Shown here: in pieces, positions 52,129 to 61,322 of the stretch
Position numbering within the stretch: the first letter of the stretch is position 1
Layout of the letters: every line of letters begins with the position of its first letter
Assembly: GCA_052426225.1 (NCBI GenBank)
Contig: JBNJNM010000006.1
Location: forward strand, 2,790,001-2,854,000
DNA length: 64,000 bases
Source: Zancudomyces culisetae HAW-14-8
Lineage: Eukaryota; Fungi; Kickxellomycota
Reading direction: 5' to 3'
Program-made: the position numbers and the translations under genes
The notes under the pieces: model-generated
Databases searched by the model: none
What the model was told of the DNA's origin: nothing
The model's input: only the letters and a program-made list of their open reading frames with translations

Positions 52129-54007
52129 GGGGCAGACTGAAGCTCTTCCAGGAGGCATGGAAGAAGCTTACCGATCACCAGTGGGTACTCCAGGTGATCA
52201 AGGAAGGGTTTCGAATCCCCTTCAATGCGCATCCTCCCACGGTCAAGCAGCCAAAGCCGTGCGTGAAGGACTTAAAGAAACTTCCGGAAAAGGTCGTCGA
52301 GCAGGAGATTACAAGTCTCCTCTCCAAAAAAGCTATAGAGGAAGTTTCAGTGCGCAGCCAGGATTCTTCTCAAGGACATTCACCGTCCCAAAGAAGAATG
52401 GAGGAACACGGATGGTCCTCAACCTGAGACCTTTAAACCAGTACATCCCCGAGCAGCATTTCAAGATGGAATCACTCAACACCATCTCACGAATGTTGCG
52501 AAAGGGCGACTGGATGACAAGCATCGATCTCAGCGATGCTTTCTTGCACGTGCTCATCAACAAGGCGTCAAGAAAATATCTCAGGTTCACGTGGGGCCAT
52601 CGCATCTACCAGTACAGGGTACTGCCATTTGGTCTGTCCTTAAGCCCGCTAGTATTCACCAAAATACTAAAGCCAGTTCTCAAGTGGGCCAGAGCTCGAG
52701 GGATCCGAATCTCGAGCTACTTGGACGATTTGCTGGTCTTGGGATCAACCAAAAGCGAGTGTACCAAGTACACTGCGATGGTTGCAAACAAGCTAGCCAA
52801 GCTAGGGTTCATTATAAACAACGAGAAGTCGTCAATGAACCCCAAGCAGTCAATCAGCCATTTGGGTATGGACATCAACACCCGCCAAATGAGCTTCAGG
52901 ATTCCCAAGCAGAAACTCAGGGATCTCACGCGAGAGGCATCCAAACTGATCAGGAATGGGAAGACGACGCTGAGATGCTTAGCGTCTTTCATTGGCAAGA
53001 CACAGGCAGTGAACATCGCTCTCCGTCCAGGCAGACTCATGAGCAGGAGGCTTTTGGAGCTCAAAAATGCCACCCTGCGGACCACGCGGGATTGGAGCAC
53101 AGAAGTATCTTTGGATCAGCCAGCTCTAGACAACCTGATCTGGTGGAGAGATCATCTGAAGGAATGGAACGGCCTGAGCTTCCTCCCAGAGATTCCGGAA
53201 GTGGAAGTCTACACAGACGCGAGCGACTTCCATTGGGGGATAGTTATTGGTCAGAGCCAGTACTCAGGAATATGGACCAAAGCACAGTCCAAGCTCCCGA
53301 TCAACGCCAAGGAGCTACTAGCCATATACAAGGCTATCAAGATGCCCCAGGTAAAGGGCAGGAGTGTGGTTGTATACTGCGACAACAACACCTCCATCAG
53401 CTATGTCAAGAAACAGGGAGGGACCAGATCACCCAACCTGCTAGACATATCGGAACTGATGTGGAAACACTGCATCAGCAACGGGACCAGGGTACAGATC
53501 CAGTACGTACCATCCATTGTGAATCCGGCAGACGCCCCATCCCGGCTTACTTTGCAGACCGAATGGTCGATATCGGAAAGAGTGTTTCAAAGGATTCAAA
53601 AATACTTTGGTCCTCACGATATCGACATGTTTGCGAGCAGCACCAATCACAAACTGAACACATTTGTGAGTTGGAAATACTGCCCCCAAGCAGTCAGGAT
53701 CAACGCCTTCAACCACAGTTGGACAGTGTGGAAGAATCCGTACATGTGTCCACCGTGGAATCTGATCCAGCGTACCATCCAGAAGATCCGTCAGGAGAGA
53801 ATCACGGCGACTCTGATCACGCCGTTCTGGAGATCAGCCCCGTGGTATCCGGACCTGAAGAGCCTGTCAATTGCACCGCCAATCAAGATTCATCCGTCAG
53901 CAGTTATCCCAGACCCGAGAAGCGGAAAAGCAGCGACAATGCGCAACAAGACATGGTCACTTACGGCTTGGCGGTTAAGCGCGCAAGGTATCAGGAAGCA
54001 GGATTAG
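52092..54007 (+). CDS. DIRS RT / RNase H / Dam-like methyltransferase ORF with a 1-nt frameshift at about 52347-52358
   Basis: N-terminal GGRLKLFQEAWKKLTDHQWVLQVIKEGFRIPF...LLSKKAIEEV lies in one frame. PGFFSRTFTVPKK, IDLSDAFLH, LPFGL, YLDD, YTDASD, DMFAS and YMCPPW lie in the next frame. Confidence 0.88.
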
Positions 54008-54969
54008 ATGACCAGGTCATCAATTTGATGCTCGACAACACTCGAGTTAAGACCAAGCAGAAGAAATATCTGAGTCCGAAGACCAAGTTCCTACAGTGGC
54101 TTTCTACATCTTCAATCTCCATAGAAAACGTAACAGTCGTTGACGTTATCAACTATCTGGAGCAGCAGCGGAAGGCGCTAAACTGGAGACTCGGAACAGT
54201 CAAGAACTACAAGTCCGCCATTCTTGACATAACCAGTGATTGGGCTTCTTTCAGTGACGATCCACTAATGAAAGAGTATCTCAAACAACTATCTTCATCA
54301 AACGTCAGATCCTTTGACAATCCGCTTTACGACATCGGTCCAATCATTGACCACATCAGGAAACTTGGGCCTAACTCCAGAATGTCAAAGTATGACTTGA
54401 CAGCAAAACTATGCTGGCTCATAGCCATCTGTGGCTTTCTCAGGCCAAGCGACATTGAGAGGATTGACGACAGCAAGACGTCAGTGACAAGAGAATACAT
54501 CAAGTTTATTATTGTTGGACCAAAGGAGAAACGCAATGGAACTCCAATTGAAAAAGTTTCTATAATCCATGCACACTCTGACAAAAAATTATGTCCGGTT
54601 GAAACTTATCAGGTTTACAAAAAGCGGATTGCGGTTACACCTTGCGTAAAACCACATCCTTTGCTCGACGGAAACTCAATATCCTATCTCATCAGGAGTC
54701 TCAAGGACCACAGTACTAACATTGGAGCACAGCGTATCAGCAAGCACATTAACAAACTTATGTCGCTTATACCATTACCGCCAAACGCTAAAGTACCAAA
54801 AGCAAGAGCACTTGGATCAACTCGTGCTACTTCATCAGGTGCAACATATGATGATGTTATTACCCAAGGATTTTGGGCAAGCAGAGGAATATTTGATACA
54901 TACTATCAGTTATCACGTAGAACAAAAGAAAATTTGACTCTACACGTATTAAACTCTGAAGCAACATAA
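52348..54969 (+). CDS. DIRS tyrosine recombinase ORF overlapping RT; probably extends upstream to ATG 51299 once the frameshift is corrected
   Basis: GFLRPSDI (R), PKEKR (K), LCPVETY, PKARALGST (R), GFW, IFDTYY (Y). The frame has no stop from 52339 to TAA 54969. Confidence 0.88.
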   Translation, partial: QCAARILLKDIHRPKEEWRNTDGPQPETFKPVHPRAAFQDGITQHHLTNVAKGRLDDKHRSQRCFLARAHQQGVKKISQVHVGPSHLPVQGTAIWSVLKPASIHQNTKASSQVGQSSRDPNLELLGRFAGLGINQKRVYQVHCDGCKQASQARVHYKQREVVNEPQAVNQPFGYGHQHPPNELQDSQAETQGSHARGIQTDQEWEDDAEMLSVFHWQDTGSEHRSPSRQTHEQEAFGAQKCHPADHAGLEHRSIFGSASSRQPDLVERSSEGMERPELPPRDSGSGSLHRRERLPLGDSYWSEPVLRNMDQSTVQAPDQRQGATSHIQGYQDAPGKGQECGCILRQQHLHQLCQETGRDQITQPARHIGTDVETLHQQRDQGTDPVRTIHCESGRRPIPAYFADRMVDIGKSVSKDSKILWSSRYRHVCEQHQSQTEHICELEILPPSSQDQRLQPQLDSVEESVHVSTVESDPAYHPEDPSGENHGDSDHAVLEISPVVSGPEEPVNCTANQDSSVSSYPRPEKRKSSDNAQQDMVTYGLAVKRARYQEAGLDDQVINLMLDNTRVKTKQKKYLSPKTKFLQWLSTSSISIENVTVVDVINYLEQQRKALNWRLGTVKNYKSAILDITSDWASFSDDPLMKEYLKQLSSSNVRSFDNPLYDIGPIIDHIRKLGPNSRMSKYDLTAKLCWLIAICGFLRPSDIERIDDSKTSVTREYIKFIIVGPKEKRNGTPIEKVSIIHAHSDKKLCPVETYQVYKKRIAVTPCVKPHPLLDGNSISYLIRSLKDHSTNIGAQRISKHINKLMSLIPLPPNAKVPKARALGSTRATSSGATYDDVITQGFWASRGIFDTYYQLSRRTKENLTLHVLNSEAT

Positions 54970-55058
54970 TTGTATCTGGCCAATGAAGCATAATAATATG
55001 TTTAGTTGAATATAATGAAAACTTATTATTATTATGCGAATGCCAGATACAATTATGT
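54964..55058 (+). repeat. DIRS internal complementary region (ICR)
   Basis: 54964-54996 is the reverse complement of 50926-50958. 54991-55058 is the reverse complement of 55363-55430. The two parts overlap at TAATAA. Confidence 0.93.
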
Positions 55059-55090
55059 CCCACCCAGTCCCGCCCTAACCTAGCTCAACC

Positions 55091-55430
55091 GATGGTAAGG
55101 AACTCAAGAAAACTGGAAAAACAGACGGTTTATATACTTTTATTTTCATTTTGTTTTTGTTTTAAGAAAATTTTTTCATACTTTTAACCCCTACATTTTC
55201 AAAGAAATTTTAGTACTGAATTCGAACTCTCTAGAATATTCTTGAGTTTTCAATTTCAGATTACGAAATTTCGAACATTTTGGAACATTTGAAAAATTTT
55301 TTGGGGTTAAAGTATTTAGTATCTAGGAAAGATTTCGAAATTAAATAAAGATTTGGTAACACACATAATTGTATCTGGCATTCGCATAATAATAATAAGT
55401 TTTCATTATATTCAACTAAACATATTATTA
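55091..55430 (-). repeat. DIRS right ITR (55091-55379) plus right extension (55380-55430)
   Basis: Inverted match to the left ITR. The extension is complementary to the ICR. Confidence 0.93.
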
Positions 55431-57421
55431 TACATTACATAAAGTGATCAGGGATACAAAACAGCATATCAAAATTATTCATATTGTTCTATGATTTTCA
55501 TATTATGAAATCTTTTTTGATCATATTTTATACATACTTAGAAACTTACATGTCAATATAGAGAACAATCAGTCTGTCGTAGTCGATCGCAACTTTTTTA
55601 CAAAATTATTTGTTATCAACTTCCAAGGTGATTAAGTGTATATCTAATATGTACGTTATTAAAAAGTCAATTTCTAGTAAAATTAACCACTACGTTACGA
55701 GGATCTATGATTTATATTTTATCAACAAATAGAAAGAGAATTCGAAATATCACAAAGTATTATATCGATCTCGCAGCGTGTAGTATCCTAATACTCTTCT
55801 AAGCGAACTCCTCTTTTTGTAGTATAATAAGTATGGTTATTAATGTAAATATTGCTATTAACATTACTTTCTAATCTAACTTCAATTTAAAGAAACAGGT
55901 TAAATAATGAAATAAATCTTTGTATTTTAAAATAGAATTCTCTTTTATTTCATGCTCCGTATAAAATTTATCACACTCAAACTAGCTGCTAGAAAAGAAT
56001 AAAATCTTAAAGGTATAATTTTTGAAATTTTGTAATATGATTTCGGTTATGAAGATACCTATTCCTTCCCCCAATTAATGCGTGGAATATCTATATCATT
56101 TTCTGTTAGTGTTCTAATTTTTTGTTAGTGTTCAACTGCCATTCTTTTGTGAAATATTCTGTAGATACTTTTGAACTATAGATCAAGCATATTTATTCAG
56201 GTTTTGTGAAATACCAAATTCTTGCTATCAAATATGCCTGAATTTGATGTGTTCTCAACGAGGAGTATTGAATATTAATGATATCGTGTACTTTAGTATA
56301 TTTAGTTAAGGTTTGTAATTTCGATTTACTTGCAAAAAGAAGTATAGCAGTTTACAATTCTAGTATGGTCTAATAAAATATTTACAAAAAGTTTAGTTGC
56401 TATATATTACAATAAGCATAACTGAGGAACATTGACTTGGCATAAAAACACATCATATTTTAGGATTAAAGTTTCAAGTGTGTTATTGAGCGCAAATCAA
56501 ATATTCAAATACTCAAACCGAAAAAAGAGAATTGATGATTGATGATTGAATGTACATTAGTTCCATGACATTATTTTCACTATTTTTCATAGCATTACTC
56601 TAATTTTTCTCATCCTACCATTATATATACAACTGTTCTATTTTATGCTACAACTATAGCCTGTCTACATTTATTTTGAATGAATATCATGAAATTGTAT
56701 AATTACGTCTAGTTTACTTAGCTACAATAAGCCTATAAATTTGATTGATCAAAAAAACTAAAAATGAATGAATGGTAGCTTATAATGCAACTTTACTCAA
56801 CTATTGTTCTAGTGTTTTTTGTATTGGATTTTTTATTCTGGAGTGTGTGCTACTTTAGCTAAACATGTTTATTACTTTTTTTTCGAAAACCCCTCAAATA
56901 GTTCAAATGTGTACTGCAATGTTTTTTTCATAAATTGAGCTGCACAGCAGTCTGTTCATCAATTCTCAAAGTTTGATCTCCACTAAGTGCTAACTAACTA
57001 CATGTCATACGTGATTCGTGACCATTTTTTTTAAAAAAGATTGTTCTCAAAACCTACCAGGTTAGTATATCATAAAGTGATATAAATATATTAGAGTTGA
57101 TAATGTAACTATATGATATTCGTATAGCGACTTACACACTTGGAATTATGCACCATGTACACTAATACCTTTTCAACTAGTAATTTCTCAACATTCGCCA
57201 AAAGACGCATGACTGTTTTAAAACGCAGTAGATCGTAATTTTTTATTTTGACTAAATTAACAAAATAGCTTTTACCTTTACTTTTACAACACTCGTCTCT
57301 ACACATTATAATTTGGTTTATACTCTAGACTTGTTCAAAACAAAAAAGTATATAAATCCAGTTAGTTTCGACAATAGTTTAAAAATTAAGAAGAATAACA
57401 ATTGAATTATTAACTAACAAA

Positions 57422-57829
57422 ATGAAAACTATTATAATCGGAACTGCAGCTTTGGGACTAACCTTTGCAAACAGCATGGGTGACTTGTCTTTACACCAAC
57501 ACAACAGAAACTCAATCAGACAAAACAGACTTTATTCTAGCCAAAATCACAGCGCTAGGATGAAGGTTGAAGTGTTTCAAGAGCAATATCTCCGCAATCC
57601 AGCCAAAACAATAAATATAAGACCAAACAGATGTGTCTCATTAACAAGTGCCCAATCTCTCCAGTTTGATAGCGGACAACCAGGACGCGGGTGGGTTGTA
57701 CTGTGCCACAGTAATGACTGCAGTGGAAAGTGTGTAACTGAACGTAGAAAAACCTGGCTTTACCCACAAAACATGGATGCTGACAAGGTTGGAGGCCCCG
57801 CCAACTCTATGATTTGGTTCCTAGCATAG
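57422..57829 (+). CDS. Small secreted cysteine-containing protein (135 aa)
   Basis: Signal-peptide-like MKTIIIGTAALGLTFA, 4 Cys, TATATAAA at about 57349 and A-rich start context. Confidence 0.7.
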   Translation: MKTIIIGTAALGLTFANSMGDLSLHQHNRNSIRQNRLYSSQNHSARMKVEVFQEQYLRNPAKTINIRPNRCVSLTSAQSLQFDSGQPGRGWVVLCHSNDCSGKCVTERRKTWLYPQNMDADKVGGPANSMIWFLA

Positions 57830-58937
57830 TCCGAGTCTGAATTCGTCCATTTTTAACGTATAGATATTTGATGTAGAGATAGAAAATCTTTTAAATATTA
57901 GAGCCAAAATCCATGAAATAAACACGTTTAGTGAAGTTCGTCAACAATAAATGATAATGTTTGGAGCAGATTTGAAAAGTGGTTTTGCTAGGAATAAATT
58001 TCGAATCGGGTATGACCAGGCATTATTTAACAGCCTGTAGATTTTAAAGCTTGAAAGAATGTAATTTCATAAAAGATGTAAGGATTTCATGTGACATCAT
58101 TTATCATGCTGAATGCTTTTAATAAAATTATAAATATGTTTGGTATTTATCTTATCAAGCTTATATAATAGTTTTCAGTGTTAATTAAAGGGGTAAAGAT
58201 GTGTCATATAATTATCTATTCAAAGCAAATATACGTAATATGGGGCTTTTGGGTTTAAAAAACGCACACAACAGTGCAAGAATTATTTGTTCACTTTAAA
58301 CCAACTAGATAAGTTCATTCCCATGTTGTGTTAATACTAGATTTTGATAAACTCAGCCATTTTTTAACCATCCCCAAACAACGATACAGTTTGAGATTTG
58401 GTTTTCCCAGATTTTTTTCAGTATCTTGTTAGTGTTTTATAACTTCCACTATGACAGCGATTCCGAAGATTGGTGTGTAGGATATGTGTTACATATGGCT
58501 TAAATTTTGGAGAATAGGATCAGGTTCGGATATCAAAGAGCCTGGTACCTGTCAAATACCCATGTTGTTTTGGGATTTAATTTATTAAACTCACATAATT
58601 GCAATTGTAGTAATTGGCCAAAAACTAAATGGTGTTACAACTGTATTTTTCCCACACATTTCTTTGGCGAATTGGTATTTTGGGTGTATTTTCGTCCATT
58701 TAAAAATTTTGATATATTAAATTAGACAGTTTATAAAACAAAATAGTTTGTAGCATAGTGTAATATGTAGACAAAATAATAGGCACATTAATCCTATTAT
58801 GAAAACACAAATCTGAATTTCAAATTCCCCTATTCTGAATAAAAGAAAAATATATATACTGGAAGTCGGGTATGTATATTATTTGTATTAAGCTCGGTCT
58901 CCATTAGGTCACTATAATATTTAATTGTATTATTATA

Positions 58938-61322
58938 ATGCTTCGAACAGATTCTGGAAATAGCAACTCTACAAATGATGGCAAGAAAGAAAAAAGAACT
59001 AACTCATATGCTGACAAGTCCTACAGAAGGCATGTAATAAATTTTAGAATTACTAAAAAAAAGAAATCACGAAAGAGGCCCATGAACCAGCTTTTACTTG
59101 AACTTATCGGGGGTATCGAAAATAAGGTTGATCTATTGCAAAAGAAAGCCAAAAAAAGAAAGGCCTCATCCACAGGAAATTTCTATCGAAACATAAAAAA
59201 ACAAACAGGAAATTTGCTGACAAATGTCTGCCTTATTGATTTAAACATTGAAAACACTGTTGGTGGGAGTTCAGAGGAAATTTTACTGTCAAGGCTTTTA
59301 AAGGACGTGATAGAAGATCTGATGAATAGGTTTGCGTATCGCTATCCTATTCCTGCAAATGTTCTCCGAATTCCTCATTTTATACAAAATGTAAAGAGTT
59401 TCCAAGTACCAAAATACGTTATTTACACACTTTTGTTGATGGGATCTTCTATGCTAAAGGATAATAAGTTTTTTGAAATATTTACAGAGGAAAGACGCAA
59501 AAGGGTATTGAAATATGCTACTGAATATATGATAAGTGTACTCAGACACCCGGATTGTTTAGGCATATGGACAATGATGGTATTGGCTAGATATTATGCT
59601 ACTACTGGGATTGTAACACAATGCACTAAATATACCAACTTAGCAGCTAGGTTAGCAATTTCAATGAAGCTGCACATGGTGGATGCATATTGTATTAGTA
59701 CCCCTGAGATTGAGTGTGAGGATTTAATTGTAGAAAAAGAACTTAAAAGGCGACTTTGGTGGTGTTTATATATATATTCAATAGGGTTTTCTGAGGGTTT
59801 AACTCTTATCCCCCCTATACAACTTAAAGATGTATTTGTAAACTTGCCCAGCAATGATTATTTATGGCATAGCAGGGCAAAGTTTACAATTTCAGATACA
59901 AAGCCGATAAACAGGCATGATATAATTCTGGACAGTCAAGGGGGTTTCAAGCTTGATACATATGCTTCACACACAATGCTGCTCAAGATAAGATATGAAA
60001 TTGTGACATTTGTTAACCGAAGGGAAATTACGATTTCAAAAGACATGGGAATGGATTATAGACGCTACTTGAAGTTGTTCACAGATGCTAAAAATTTTCT
60101 GAATAATGCGGTAGTGAGGTTTCATAATGAACTGGATAAGGTGTTGACGTTCTCGATAAGAAATCAAGAGATAGTAAACACAATGAACATTGAGTATTTT
60201 ATAGTACAGCACTGTATATTGATCTTGAATACTTGTATGACGAATATGTATATCATCAGTTCCGAGATAGCACACTATGAAAATGTGGATATCCATCCAC
60301 AGCGTGTAAAATCAGCCAAATTTACTTTGATAGATAATGCTATCTATCTTATAGAGGTTTTCTACTGGCTAATGACAAACTTCTCTTCTGATAAGCTTGA
60401 TCTAGAGCTTGCATTGTTGGCGTTAAATACCTACAAGTTTCTCTCTAATCTGGAGTATATCAAAAATTTGACCAGACATAATGCAATTGTAAATGGGAAG
60501 AGAGTAATAATCACATACTTTGAAAGGCTTAAATCAACATCCCTAATATTCGAAACATTTATTTATCTCGCCAACAACATATCTAACCTTAAAAAAAGTT
60601 ATGATAGGGCCAATATAAAATTCAGAAACATTCCATATGATTTTAAAATGAAGATGATCTCATCTTACGACTACAATCCATGGCTGATTTCAAACGGAAC
60701 CAACTACCATAGGAGGGAATGCTGTTACAATTCATTTAATGCAAAATTACATGACCCATTTCTGCTAAGTACGCTCGCTGAAAAAGAATTTCAGGATTTA
60801 AGCAGAGGATTTTTCAATTTTTCAGTCAATCATGATAGTGGAAAAAGAATCATATTGGAAATTGACCTGAAGCCAATTATCGAGGAATCAGAAAAACTTA
60901 TGTTGACATTGGAAGGCCTAGAAATATCGAAACGGAAACCAAAAAACCACAAGCATAACACCAATATCGATCCAACTCTTGATGATGACCCAAAGAACTT
61001 TTATGTAAAAAGTGTTGATTTTGACACAATTCCGCAAAACGTTGTATTACTTGAAAAATGTAAAAGGATGATTGAACGTACTTTTTATTCTATTTTGGTG
61101 ACGAACCACACCTATACGAATCCAAGTCATCCCCCGGTATTTGGCAATTATTTTTTCAACTTTGGGCACAAAGACACAATGTCAGATTTTGACTTTACCG
61201 AACTATTATACAACCCCATAGAACAAGGAAGATACGGATTCGCTGATGGGTGTGATTTCATCAACACCAACAACTCGCACGCTAATTTCAAATCCACTCT
61301 TAATTCTATGGATGATATTTGA
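58938..61322 (+). CDS. Fungal-specific transcription factor domain (Fungal_trans/MHR) protein (794 aa)
   Basis: LAARLAISMKLHMVD...EKELKRRLWWCLYIYS...VNLPSNDYLW, plus an N-terminal basic NLS-like stretch. Confidence 0.8.
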   Translation: MLRTDSGNSNSTNDGKKEKRTNSYADKSYRRHVINFRITKKKKSRKRPMNQLLLELIGGIENKVDLLQKKAKKRKASSTGNFYRNIKKQTGNLLTNVCLIDLNIENTVGGSSEEILLSRLLKDVIEDLMNRFAYRYPIPANVLRIPHFIQNVKSFQVPKYVIYTLLLMGSSMLKDNKFFEIFTEERRKRVLKYATEYMISVLRHPDCLGIWTMMVLARYYATTGIVTQCTKYTNLAARLAISMKLHMVDAYCISTPEIECEDLIVEKELKRRLWWCLYIYSIGFSEGLTLIPPIQLKDVFVNLPSNDYLWHSRAKFTISDTKPINRHDIILDSQGGFKLDTYASHTMLLKIRYEIVTFVNRREITISKDMGMDYRRYLKLFTDAKNFLNNAVVRFHNELDKVLTFSIRNQEIVNTMNIEYFIVQHCILILNTCMTNMYIISSEIAHYENVDIHPQRVKSAKFTLIDNAIYLIEVFYWLMTNFSSDKLDLELALLALNTYKFLSNLEYIKNLTRHNAIVNGKRVIITYFERLKSTSLIFETFIYLANNISNLKKSYDRANIKFRNIPYDFKMKMISSYDYNPWLISNGTNYHRRECCYNSFNAKLHDPFLLSTLAEKEFQDLSRGFFNFSVNHDSGKRIILEIDLKPIIEESEKLMLTLEGLEISKRKPKNHKHNTNIDPTLDDDPKNFYVKSVDFDTIPQNVVLLEKCKRMIERTFYSILVTNHTYTNPSHPPVFGNYFFNFGHKDTMSDFDFTELLYNPIEQGRYGFADGCDFINTNNSHANFKSTLNSMDDI

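Larger units (their letters stand above)
50926..55430 (+). mobile_element. Near-intact DIRS1-group tyrosine-recombinase retrotransposon (~4.5 kb)
   Basis: Inverted terminal repeats, an internal complementary region, and gag, RT/RH/MT and YR ORFs. TTATTA occurs at both junctions. Confidence 0.96.

Noticed and set aside
51299-54007. The 902-aa ORF taken as the genuine RT protein
   Set aside because: Its first ~350 aa lack RT homology, and the conserved RT N-terminus is in another frame. It is better explained as a chimera created by a 1-nt deletion.
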